Source: an uncultured Tepidisphaeraceae bacterium | GTDB lineage: Bacteria; Planctomycetota; Phycisphaerae; Tepidisphaerales; Tepidisphaeraceae | Direction of reading: 5' to 3' | Assembly (NCBI GenBank): GCA_964420285.1 | Contig: CAYQTE010000062.1 | Span: forward strand, 1-29,236 | Length of the DNA stretch: 29,236 nt | In this document: positions 20,416 through 28,764 of the stretch, one piece after another | Layout: each line of letters starts with the position of its first letter | Numbering within the stretch: the stretch's first letter is position 1 | Program-made: the position numbers and the translations under genes | The notes under the pieces: model-generated | What the model was told of the DNA's origin: nothing | The model's database searches: none | The model's input: only the letters and a program-made list of their open reading frames with translations

Positions 20416-21531
20416 TCATCCCCGCCCGCCGCCTGGGGCTGCCGGTGCGGTTGCCGGCCCGCCGCGCCCGCCGCGAGGTGCGCCGCCGCCGCGAGCGCCC
20501 GGCGGCGTGTTGATTTGAACCGGCTTCCCCCCGGCGCCCAGCGGCTCGTGGTCGATCCAGTCGGCCGGGTCATCGGACGTCAGGGCGTAATCGCGCCATA
20601 GCCATCGGAGCATTTCCGGCATGAGCGCGCCGCCGGGCTTATTGCTGTGGGTGCCCAGGCCGAAGGAATAGTTCACATCGTAATGCCTTGCGGTAAGTGC
20701 CTGGACCATCTTGATGTTCTGGGCATGCCAATCGCGTGCGGCGCTGTAGGTGCCGCCGACAAGTTTTCCGGTGGCGGCATCGAATGTGAATCCGCTGAGC
20801 CCGCGGGCGTCCATGTCGTTCAGGCCATCCTGCATGAAGATGCGAATGGGCTTGGCATCGGCGTCGGCGATCATTTTCGGATAGGCATCGCCGCCACGTA
20901 TTGCGGTGAAGCTGCCGATCGTGGTAATGACCTTATGGAACGCGTCCGGCCGGTGCCAGGCCACCGTGAACGCGGCGATCGCGCCGGAACTGGCGCCGCA
21001 CAGCGCATGGTCATCGGGATTGTCCGAGATGCTGTAGGCCTTCTTCAGTTCCGGCATCAACTCGTCCATGATGACGTGACAGTAGCGGTCGTCCAGCACG
21101 TTGTATTCCTCAGGGCGGTTGCTGTCGGCGTCCCAGTTGGACGCACTGAAATCCGGCTGCGTCGCGGAATGGCCGGGATTGATGAAGACCCCAATCGTCA
21201 CCGGCATTTCCCTGCGGTAGATGAGGTTGTCCAGGACATAGGGGATGCGATATTCCCCGGCCGGATCGGCAAACGCATGGCCGTCCTGGAAGATCATCAG
21301 GGCCGCCGGCTTGGCTGGGTCGTATTGGGCCGGAACATAGACTGTGTACATGTGCGATGTGCCGGGAAACACCTTGCTGGCGATGGTGGCCGGCTGGGTG
21401 ACTTTGCCCTGCGGCACGCCCGCGTGCGGCGCCGAATCCGGCCCGAGCTGGTAGAGATTATCCGTGTTGGCGGCGTACAATGCGGATGCGAAAAGCAAGA
21501 CAGTGCCCATGCAGACAGCGGGGAACTTCAT
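20416..21531 (-). CDS. Secreted esterase (putative esterase/enterochelin-esterase-like alpha/beta hydrolase) with Gly/Pro/Arg-rich C-terminal tail
   Basis: GGAGGA RBS before MKFPAVCMGTVLLFASALYA (signal peptide). Esterase-family blocks with a GxSxG-type nucleophile (CGASSGA). C-terminal low-complexity PPGARGGGAPRGGRGGPATAPAAPGGGRG. Confidence 0.72.
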   Translation of the reverse strand: MKFPAVCMGTVLLFASALYAANTDNLYQLGPDSAPHAGVPQGKVTQPATIASKVFPGTSHMYTVYVPAQYDPAKPAALMIFQDGHAFADPAGEYRIPYVLDNLIYRREMPVTIGVFINPGHSATQPDFSASNWDADSNRPEEYNVLDDRYCHVIMDELMPELKKAYSISDNPDDHALCGASSGAIAAFTVAWHRPDAFHKVITTIGSFTAIRGGDAYPKMIADADAKPIRIFMQDGLNDMDARGLSGFTFDAATGKLVGGTYSAARDWHAQNIKMVQALTARHYDVNYSFGLGTHSNKPGGALMPEMLRWLWRDYALTSDDPADWIDHEPLGAGGKPVQINTPPGARGGGAPRGGRGGPATAPAAPGGGRG

Positions 21532-21643
21532 GACCCAATCCTCCACAAATGCCGTAATGGGAGACAAGATGTCCGAACGCGGACAGCCGCAGTAATGTTA
21601 GGCCGGGGATTTGGCGATTACGCAGGAAATTATTGGGCGGTGT

Positions 21644-22429
21644 TCAGCGGGCCTCCGTGGCCTTCACGGAGAGAGTATCGTCGTCTTTCAGGTGAATATC
21701 GAATGTGCCGTGGAAGGCCGGATGAGGCGAGTCATCGACATAGTCGATCGTGAGATGGGAAGAATCCTCGGGATCGGCGACGCCGGGTTTGAGCGAGACA
21801 CATGTGAGCACGCCGCTGTCCACATAGGGAAGGGAGTCGTCCTTAAGAATTACCGGCCCGCTCCCCATGAACGATGTGGGCTCAACAACCCAAGTATCAT
21901 TGTCAGGCTGGCATTCAAATCCTTGCAAATCGACGTCAGCGAGCGGAACCACAACCAATCGCCGATGTCCCGCCGGGCTCGTACGTTCGCCCATGAAGGC
22001 GATCGCGGTTCCCGGACAGGGAATGTAAACTTGCGGGTCCGTGCTCAAGAGGCCCCGAAACTCTCTGGGACAGTAGATGGCCGTTGGCGGCAGGGGCGGA
22101 ACCTTGCTTGGATCCTTCAAGAGGGCCGCATCGTACGATATCGCCTGCACGTAGTCCGGGTTGGTCGCCAGCAATTTTGCCGCCTTGGCCGGGTCGTCTT
22201 CTTCCAACACGGTCCCCTGCGGGGTGACGTGGTGCATGCACTCGTACAGCCAATACGCCCGCCGGGTGCGCAGCCAGAGTTCGGTTCGGAACATGAACAC
22301 CATGACGCCGACGGCCAGAGCCAGCGTCCACAGCACAATCCGGCGGACCAGTCGCCACCGCCGCCGGCGCGGGTTGGCCGGTTCGTAATCCAGGGGATGA
22401 ATAGGCCCGGAGGGACCGGCGTTTCCCAT
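21644..22429 (-). CDS. Single-pass membrane protein, tandem paralog A (unknown function)
   Basis: N-terminal cytoplasmic PANPRRRRWRLVRRIVLW, then a TM helix, then a periplasmic domain. 261 aa. C-terminal ~55 aa and N-terminal ~120 aa nearly identical to paralog B. Confidence 0.65.
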   Translation of the reverse strand: MGNAGPSGPIHPLDYEPANPRRRRWRLVRRIVLWTLALAVGVMVFMFRTELWLRTRRAYWLYECMHHVTPQGTVLEEDDPAKAAKLLATNPDYVQAISYDAALLKDPSKVPPLPPTAIYCPREFRGLLSTDPQVYIPCPGTAIAFMGERTSPAGHRRLVVVPLADVDLQGFECQPDNDTWVVEPTSFMGSGPVILKDDSLPYVDSGVLTCVSLKPGVADPEDSSHLTIDYVDDSPHPAFHGTFDIHLKDDDTLSVKATEAR

Positions 22430-22438
22430 GTCGCACCT

Positions 22439-23230
22439 TCAGTGGGCCTCGATGGCCTTCACGGAGAGAGTATCGTCGTCTTTCAGGTGAATATCGAATG
22501 TGCCGTGGAAGGCCGGATGAGGCGAGTCATCGACATAGTCGATCGTGAAATGGGAAGAATCCTTGGGATCGGCGACGCCAGGTTTGAGGGACACCGGAAC
22601 GAATCCCCAGCTATGCCCGAGCATGTAGGTGCCGAGGCCGGCGCTCCAATTCGCCGGTCCGCTTCCCAGAAACGAGGTCGGCGCGATGACCCAAGAAAAG
22701 TTGTCGGGTACGCTCTCAAAGTCATGCCAGTCAAGACCGGTATGCGGGATTACAATTAGCCGACGATGCCCGGCCGGGCTGGTCCGTTCGCCCATGAAGG
22801 CGATCGCGTCTCCGGGAAGAGGTGCGTAATGCTTCGGGTCCGTGCTCAAAAGACCCCGAAACGCCTTGGGACAATAGACGGCCGTTGGCGGCAGGGGCGG
22901 AACCTTGCTTGGATCCTTTAGGATGAGCGCATCGTACGATACCTCCTGCACATAATCCGGGTTGGCCGCCAGCAATTTTGCCGCCTTGGCCGGGTCGTCT
23001 TCTTCCAACACGGTCCCCGGCGGGGTGACGTGATGCATACACTCGTACAGCCAATACGCCCGCCGGGTACGTAGCCAGAGTTCGGTGCGGAACACGAACA
23101 CCGCACCCCCGACGGCCAGAACCAGTGCCCACAACACAATCCGCCGCACCAGTCGCCACCGGCGTCGCCGCGGGTTGGCCGGTTCGTAATTCAGCGGATG
23201 GATAGGCCCCGGTGGGCCGGCGTCTGTCAT
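22439..23230 (-). CDS. Single-pass membrane protein, tandem paralog B (unknown function)
   Basis: 263 aa. Its ATG is 3 nt after the M16 peptidase stop (TGA TTC ATG). Its stop is 9 nt before the paralog A start. Confidence 0.65.
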   Translation of the reverse strand: MTDAGPPGPIHPLNYEPANPRRRRWRLVRRIVLWALVLAVGGAVFVFRTELWLRTRRAYWLYECMHHVTPPGTVLEEDDPAKAAKLLAANPDYVQEVSYDALILKDPSKVPPLPPTAVYCPKAFRGLLSTDPKHYAPLPGDAIAFMGERTSPAGHRRLIVIPHTGLDWHDFESVPDNFSWVIAPTSFLGSGPANWSAGLGTYMLGHSWGFVPVSLKPGVADPKDSSHFTIDYVDDSPHPAFHGTFDIHLKDDDTLSVKAIEAH

Positions 23231-23233
23231 GAA

Positions 23234-24451
23234 TCACGGCCCCAGTGTGACGATGGTCATCGGGTCCATGGGGAACTGGTCCATCAGTTCGACCAGGGAC
23301 GCGGTTGTTACCGATTCCAGCGTGGCCATGTCCTGTTCCAGCGAGCGGTATTCGTGATTGTACACCCATTGGCTGCCGATCGAGCGCATGCGGCCCATGG
23401 GCACCTCGCCGGACAGGACAAGCTGGCTGGCGATCTTATTTCTGGCGCGGACGACCTCTTCATCGTTCAGATCGGTCCGGGCCTTTTTCAGTTCCGATAG
23501 GGCGATATCCAGGGCCTTTTCGCCGCGATCGGGTTCGGTGGTCAGGGCCAGATAGAAACTGCCGCAGCCGTCGTGCGGATAGAATCCGAATTCCGCGTCC
23601 TCGGCGATGGCGTTTTCGACCAGTGCCCAATAGAGCCGGCTGCCATCGGAATCGCCCAGCACGTCGGCCAGCACCTTGGCGGCGAAGCGGCGCTGGTCCT
23701 GGGCGCTGGGGCCGGGTGTCATCGCCATCGTGTAACGCCGATTCAGCTTGGCATCGACGATGTCCTTGCGCGCGGAATGGATCGACGGCGTGGATTGAAT
23801 GCGCGGAGCATCGGCCGGTTCCCAGTCGCCGCAATACTTCCTGGCCATCTCGACGACGCGATCGAATTCGAGCCGGCCGGTGACGGAGAGGACCATGTTG
23901 CCCGGCCCATAGCGGCGATGGAAATAGTCGGCCATCTCGTCGCGTTTCAGTCGCTCGACGGCGCTGGCGGCGCCCAGCACGCTCATCGCCAGCGGATGCC
24001 CGGCGAAATGCGCCTCCATTAGCGCCTCGTACAGCCGATGGCCCGGCTCGTCGAGATACATGGCGATCTCTTCGAGAATGACCTTCTTCTCCGTGTCAAA
24101 ATCCTTGTTGCGGATCGCCGGCCGGAGAAGATGCGACAGGTGCTCGATCGCCCGCTCCGTGAATTCCGGCAGGACATTGGCGTAATAGGCGGTCATTTCC
24201 TGGGTGGTGAAGGCGTTATAGCGGGCGCCGATCTCGTCGAAGATGCGGTTGACATCCTCCCAGGTGTACTTCGTGCTGCCCTTGAACATCATGTGTTCCA
24301 GGAAATGGCTCACGCCGTTGATCTGCATGGTCTCATCGCGCGAGCCGGTCTTGACGAACAGGCCGGCGGCGAACGAATAGCTGTCCGGGTTCTCCTCGGC
24401 CACAATGTCCAGCCCGTTGGCCAGCGTCGCTTGTTGGAATCGCAGGGGCAT
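23234..24451 (-). CDS. M16 family zinc metallopeptidase (active, HxxEH motif)
   Basis: Inverted zincin motif HFLEHMMFKG. Start at the MPLRFQQATLANGL ATG with GGAG 6 nt upstream. Confidence 0.85.
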   Translation of the reverse strand: MPLRFQQATLANGLDIVAEENPDSYSFAAGLFVKTGSRDETMQINGVSHFLEHMMFKGSTKYTWEDVNRIFDEIGARYNAFTTQEMTAYYANVLPEFTERAIEHLSHLLRPAIRNKDFDTEKKVILEEIAMYLDEPGHRLYEALMEAHFAGHPLAMSVLGAASAVERLKRDEMADYFHRRYGPGNMVLSVTGRLEFDRVVEMARKYCGDWEPADAPRIQSTPSIHSARKDIVDAKLNRRYTMAMTPGPSAQDQRRFAAKVLADVLGDSDGSRLYWALVENAIAEDAEFGFYPHDGCGSFYLALTTEPDRGEKALDIALSELKKARTDLNDEEVVRARNKIASQLVLSGEVPMGRMRSIGSQWVYNHEYRSLEQDMATLESVTTASLVELMDQFPMDPMTIVTLGP

Positions 24452-24488
24452 CTTGTCTCCGTGTGATTGTCTTGTCGCAAATCCAATC

Positions 24489-24554
24489 GTAGGGTCCGCA
24501 TCGCGGACCATCATTCGGTCGATCGAAAATCGCGGTCCGCGGTGCGGACCCTAC
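24489..24554. promoter_or_regulatory. 66-nt near-perfect palindrome between the two M16 cistrons
   Basis: Outer arms GTAGGGTCCGCA / TGCGGACCCTAC. Nested GGTCCGC-NNN-GCGGACC hairpins at 24493-24509 and 24534-24550. The 3' arm overlaps the stop codon of the upstream M16 gene. Confidence 0.6.
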
Positions 24555-25810
24555 CGCACTTCCGGCGGTTTGAGCGCATTGGGCCCGACGATGACGATGG
24601 TGAACGGGCCGGGACGGTGGCGGTTCAGATAGTTGTTCACCTGATCGACGGTAACGGCGTCGAGTTTTTCCTTGATCTCTTCGAGCGTGCGGATTCGGCC
24701 GCGCATAAAAAAGTCGTGGGCAATGGCGCCGCAGCGGGCGCTGGTGGATTCACCCTGCATGATCATGTTGGCCTTGACGCCGGTCTTGGCCCGGTCCAGT
24801 TCCGAGGCCGTGACGCCGTCGCACAGGCGGAAAAGTTCGGCGACAAAACAATCCAGCGTGGCCTGAGCCCGGTCGTTGCTGGTGCCGGCATATCCCATGA
24901 TGCTGCCGCTTTCTTTCAGCGACGTGTAACCCGCCCACACCGAATAGACCAGGGCACGCTTCTCGCGGATTTCCGTGAACAGCCGGCCGCTCATCCCGCC
25001 GGCCAGAATTTCCACCGCCAGGCGGACCGTGTAGTAATCGTCATCCGTTTCCTTCACGGATGGCCAGGCCAGGCCGATGTGGGTCTGCTCGCTCTTTTGC
25101 GGCTGATGAATAAACGAGACCGGCGGCGTGGGCTGTATCGGGACGTCTGTCGTGCTCCCGGCGAACGAACCAAAATGCGTCTCGACGGCCCGCCTCGCCT
25201 CGTCAAAATCAACCCGGCCCGCCATCGCCAAAATCGCGCCCCGCGCCACATATCGCGACTGGAAATCCCTCTTCGCCTCGGCCAGCGTCAGCGACTTCAG
25301 GTCGGCCACTTCACCCATCGGATTGCGGCCGTAGGGATAGGGATAATGCTTTTCCCGCAGCGTGATCAGGAGTTTTTGCCGGGGCTCATCCTCGATGCCG
25401 GCCAGATTTTGCAAGGCCAGATCGCGGGCCGCGTCGAAGCCGCTTTCGGGGAGCATCGGCCGGCGCACGATATCGGAGTAGACTCCCAGCGATTCCATGA
25501 CTCGCTCGGCCGGGGCGGCGGCGGAGAATCGCGTGTGATAGACACCGACGCTGCTGGATCGCTGCAAGCCGAGGAAGTCGAGATAGTCGGTCAATTGGCG
25601 GCTGTCGCGTTTTCCGGCCCCGCGCAGGACCAGTTCCGAAAGCACGGTGGCCGACCCGGACCGATGGGCCGGATCGCCCGCGCTGCCGGCCGGCAGGATC
25701 AGGGTCATCGCCGCCGACTGCACGCCCACCATCGTCTCGCACAGGAGCGTCAGGCCGTTGGGGAAGGTGTATTGATAGAACCGCTGGGTGGACGTTTGTT
25801 GATTGCTCAC
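24551..25810 (-). CDS. M16 family peptidase-like protein, probably non-catalytic (no HxxEH)
   Basis: M16 N-terminal pattern YTFPNGLTLL, but the HxxEH position reads SATVLSELVLRG. Probable GTG start at 25810. Confidence 0.78.
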   Translation of the reverse strand: MSNQQTSTQRFYQYTFPNGLTLLCETMVGVQSAAMTLILPAGSAGDPAHRSGSATVLSELVLRGAGKRDSRQLTDYLDFLGLQRSSSVGVYHTRFSAAAPAERVMESLGVYSDIVRRPMLPESGFDAARDLALQNLAGIEDEPRQKLLITLREKHYPYPYGRNPMGEVADLKSLTLAEAKRDFQSRYVARGAILAMAGRVDFDEARRAVETHFGSFAGSTTDVPIQPTPPVSFIHQPQKSEQTHIGLAWPSVKETDDDYYTVRLAVEILAGGMSGRLFTEIREKRALVYSVWAGYTSLKESGSIMGYAGTSNDRAQATLDCFVAELFRLCDGVTASELDRAKTGVKANMIMQGESTSARCGAIAHDFFMRGRIRTLEEIKEKLDAVTVDQVNNYLNRHRPGPFTIVIVGPNALKPPEVR

Positions 25811-25869
25811 AGGCCGGGATTATAGGCATTTCATCGGCGGACGCATCAGCGCGGAAGGGGATTGGTTCA

Positions 25870-26679
25870 TCACGGCATCGCCGGCGAGTCCGGCGGGGGA
25901 TCGATGGGAGTGGTCTTGACCCCGCGCGGCCGGAGGCTTTGGCAGCGGCGATAGAGGAGAATAAACACGGCCGGGCCAAAGGCCAGGAGCATGACGGCGG
26001 CGCCGGCGGCGATTCCTGTCAGGGTGATGACCGTCGCGCAACAGTCGCCTCGGTTGCGGACAATCACATGGGCCGATATGGCGACGAGCAATTCCAACAC
26101 GCTGCCGTTAATCAGGTATTCCTGCATGCGATAGGTGATCGAGAGCGGATCGCGCTGCCGGCCGGCCACGAGGAAGAAGACCGCCCATCCGATCCAGATC
26201 GCCACGGCCGTCGCCAGGGCTATCCAAATCCAGACGTCGGCAGGGCTGTTGTCTTTCTTCCATGCTGCGATGCTCGCCCATATGCCGGCATAGAAAAGCA
26301 GTGCGATCAGAAATCCGCCCGCAATCACGCCCGGCCACATCGAGCGTCGCGTGACCGGCCGGCGCGTCGCGACGCGCACGGGAATGAATAGCATCGCTGC
26401 CTCGCTCAAGACCATCGCCGCCACGATCGAAATCAGAAAGATCAACGTCGGTTTGTCATTCTCGTCGGTCAGTCCCATGCCCACCCAAACGACAAGCCCC
26501 GCCATTGCCAGCACCAGCAAGAGCCACAATCCGGCGATCCAGAACGCCCAGCGAGTCGCCTTTTCCGAGATGATCTCCCTCTGTCGCGGCGATATCCCCA
26601 ATCCCCACTGGCCGTGCGTCGGCGTCGCGTAATTCAGCACCGGCACAGGCGCATTGTTTGGTGTTGGTTCCCCGGCCAT
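25870..26679 (-). CDS. Multi-pass integral membrane protein (unknown function)
   Basis: At least 6 hydrophobic helices. GGGAGGA RBS 7 nt upstream of the ATG at 26679. The track ORF begins at TTG 26685. Confidence 0.6.
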   Translation of the reverse strand: MAGEPTPNNAPVPVLNYATPTHGQWGLGISPRQREIISEKATRWAFWIAGLWLLLVLAMAGLVVWVGMGLTDENDKPTLIFLISIVAAMVLSEAAMLFIPVRVATRRPVTRRSMWPGVIAGGFLIALLFYAGIWASIAAWKKDNSPADVWIWIALATAVAIWIGWAVFFLVAGRQRDPLSITYRMQEYLINGSVLELLVAISAHVIVRNRGDCCATVITLTGIAAGAAVMLLAFGPAVFILLYRRCQSLRPRGVKTTPIDPPPDSPAMP

Positions 26680-26722
26680 GAACAAATCCTCCCTGCGGCG
26701 GCGTACTTCGGACGAATTCCCG

Positions 26723-28036
26723 CTATTCGTACGTCAGCGGATTGATCAGCATCCCCGTGGCCAGCTTGGGCACGAAATAGGTGCTCTTCTGCGGCATCAC
26801 TTCGTTGGTCTTGCCCAAATCCTCCAGCGCCCGCAATGGCGTGGACTTGAGCAAGAACGCGATCTGAAACGTATTGCCATCCATTTGCGGCAGCACTTCG
26901 GCGGCATTGGCGGTATATCCCTTTTTCAATTCGCCAACCGCAAAATGCGGCGTCAGGATCTCCTCGACGAGATATCGCTGCAAGATCGCCACATCCAGCT
27001 TCCGCCAGGCCGGGCTGTGGTTCGGTTCGAGATTCTTCAGCATGTCCGGATCGCGCGGGCGGATCTCATACAGCTTTCGCGTGGCCGCATCGTACAGGCC
27101 CATCGTGTGCGGCGCGGTCTTGGGAAGATGCTCATCGGTGAATTCGACCAGCTTTTCGGCCGGCAGCGTTGCTTCGGCCACCTCGAATTGATCCGCGATC
27201 AACCGGATCAGCGACTCGACCGTGAATGACCTGAGTCCGCCGATGAGTCGATGCGTGGGAAGGATGAGCAGCCCGTCGTCCTGGAACGGGACCAGCACAA
27301 ACATGCAGAAATTGGCCGGATGATTGGCCGGCAGCGGCTTGCCGCCGTTGGCAGCCACCGCCTGCGCCTGGTATTCGACGGCCGTTGTGTAGCGATGGTG
27401 CCCGTCGGCGATGTAGATCGGCTTGTGGTTCAGTTGATCGATGACCTGGTTTTGAATCTGTGTGTCGCTGATGCTCCAGAGATCGTTGCGGACGCCATCG
27501 AGCGTGGCGGAAACTTCCGGCCGGCTGGCGTTGCGATAGAGGAGATTGTTCGCCTCACCGCGAGGGTCGTTGAAGAGGCCAAAGATCGGCGAGAGTTGCG
27601 CCCGCGTGGCGGTCATGAGCTTGAGCCGATCGACGATCGCCTCTTTGTAGGTTTTCTCATGGGGCACGACATCGCCAGCGCCGAAGGGCGTGATGCGAAC
27701 CAGGGCGACGAATCCGCGCCGATGAAATTCGCGATCGCCGACGGAATAGATCTGCGTGTATGGATAGAACGACGGCCGATGGTCCCGCTCGAGGATTCCC
27801 GCGCTCTGCCAGGCGCTGAAGGTGACGGCGGCGCGAGCGTAGGCCTCATCCGGCCCGACGGTCTTGGCCGGCAGATGCGGCAGATCGACGGCGACGATGT
27901 TGTTGGGACTGCGCGCGGTCAGAGCGGCTTTGCCGGCGGCGTCCAGAACATCGAACGGCGGGGCGATGAGCCGGGAAAGATCCAGATCCCGCGACCGCGA
28001 ATAGCGAAGTGCGGTAAACGGCCGAATTTGTGGCAA
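26723..28036 (-). CDS. DUF1015 family protein
   Basis: 437 aa with the hallmark motif IYIADGHHR and DUF1015-like overall length. Confidence 0.78.
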   Translation of the reverse strand: MPQIRPFTALRYSRSRDLDLSRLIAPPFDVLDAAGKAALTARSPNNIVAVDLPHLPAKTVGPDEAYARAAVTFSAWQSAGILERDHRPSFYPYTQIYSVGDREFHRRGFVALVRITPFGAGDVVPHEKTYKEAIVDRLKLMTATRAQLSPIFGLFNDPRGEANNLLYRNASRPEVSATLDGVRNDLWSISDTQIQNQVIDQLNHKPIYIADGHHRYTTAVEYQAQAVAANGGKPLPANHPANFCMFVLVPFQDDGLLILPTHRLIGGLRSFTVESLIRLIADQFEVAEATLPAEKLVEFTDEHLPKTAPHTMGLYDAATRKLYEIRPRDPDMLKNLEPNHSPAWRKLDVAILQRYLVEEILTPHFAVGELKKGYTANAAEVLPQMDGNTFQIAFLLKSTPLRALEDLGKTNEVMPQKSTYFVPKLATGMLINPLTYE

Positions 28037-28118
28037 GCGGCCTCCTTTGGCGTTGACAGCAAGGTTAAGCGAAGGGCCGGAAAGTTCAAGCGGGGAGCGA
28101 ATTGTGCCGCGGCGATGG

Positions 28119-28380
28119 CTAGAGTCCCCGGTAGACCTCCCGGCGGTGGGCCACGTCGATCACCAGCACGACCAACTCGGCGTCGCGGATTTGATAGATG
28201 ATTCGCCAATCGCCGACGCGCACGCGCCACAGGCCTTAACCTGAACCGGGGGATGGCACCGATGGGCCTGGGATTGTCGGCCAAACCCAGGATGTGCGCG
28301 TCGACGCGGCGACGGTCTCCCTTGGGCAAGCGAAACAAGGCGTGCTCCGCGGAACTCTTCACGAGCAAGCGGTAGCTCAT
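28119..28380 (-). pseudogene. ParE/RelE-family toxin gene disrupted by a frameshift
   Basis: N-terminal MSYRLLVKSSAEHALFRLPKGDRRRVDAHILGLADNPRP in the frame starting 28380. The conserved C-terminal half LWRVRVGDWRIIYQIRDAELVVLVIDVAHRREVY is in a different frame (28232 down to the stop at 28119-28121). An in-frame TAA sits just upstream of the second frame. One indel near 28233-28240 would restore a ~85-aa toxin. Confidence 0.6.
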
Positions 28381-28616
28381 GCCAGTCCAAGCCGCTTGCG
28401 CGCCTGGGCGTATGGGATTTCGCGGTCGGTGGGATCGTTCAGCCGCCGCAGAGCAACGGCAACGTCGCCTTTGTCTTGCGCGCTGGCCCGACGCGACTTG
28501 GCGGCGGACTTGAAGGCGATGCTCGCGTCACGCTCCAATTTCCGGTAGTGCGACTTGGGAACAATAACAAACTCGCGTCCGGCCAACTTCACTGTTTGAA
28601 CAGTCATGGTCTTCAC
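28377..28616 (-). CDS. Type II antitoxin (Phd/YefM- or AbrB-like; family not resolved)
   Basis: 79 aa. VKLAGREFVIVPKSHYRKLE resembles the antitoxin N-terminus. The stop overlaps the toxin ATG (ATGA). GTG start. Confidence 0.55.
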   Translation of the reverse strand: MKTMTVQTVKLAGREFVIVPKSHYRKLERDASIAFKSAAKSRRASAQDKGDVAVALRRLNDPTDREIPYAQARKRLGLA

Positions 28617-28764
28617 CTATCCGTTCGACTGCGCCTATTCTACGACGTGGGCCGCCATTGTCCCGCATGTCTCGCCGCCGTCGCACTGGCCGGGAGTTTG
28701 ACAGCGCTGATGGGTGGAATAGAGTGCTCGCCGTGCGGCCCGGTCATTCGCTTCAGGAGATTCC

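Larger units (their letters stand above)
21644..23230. repeat. Tandem gene duplication (~795-bp unit) with identical ends and divergent core
   Basis: The ~100-nt 3' blocks are identical (GGCCTTCACGGAGAGAGTATCGTCGTCTTTCAGGTGAATATCGAATGTGCCGTGGAAGG...). The 5' thirds are ~90% identical. The central ~150 nt are strongly divergent. Confidence 0.8.

Noticed and set aside
19502-21753. Plus-strand ORFs 19502..20176 and 20647..21753
   Set aside because: Antisense to efp and the esterase.
21611-25825. Plus-strand ORFs 21611..22759 and 24467..25825, and minus ORFs 21936..22436 and 22731..23369
   Set aside because: Antisense or alternate-frame to the tandem paralogs and M16 genes. 21611..22759 itself contains the duplicated segment, which reflects the DNA repeat and not a gene.
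28617-28764. Looked for a NikR operator palindrome in the nikR/antitoxin divergent region
   Set aside because: Only weak partial dyads (e.g. GACGTG...CATGTC) were found. Nothing matches the NikR box spacing.
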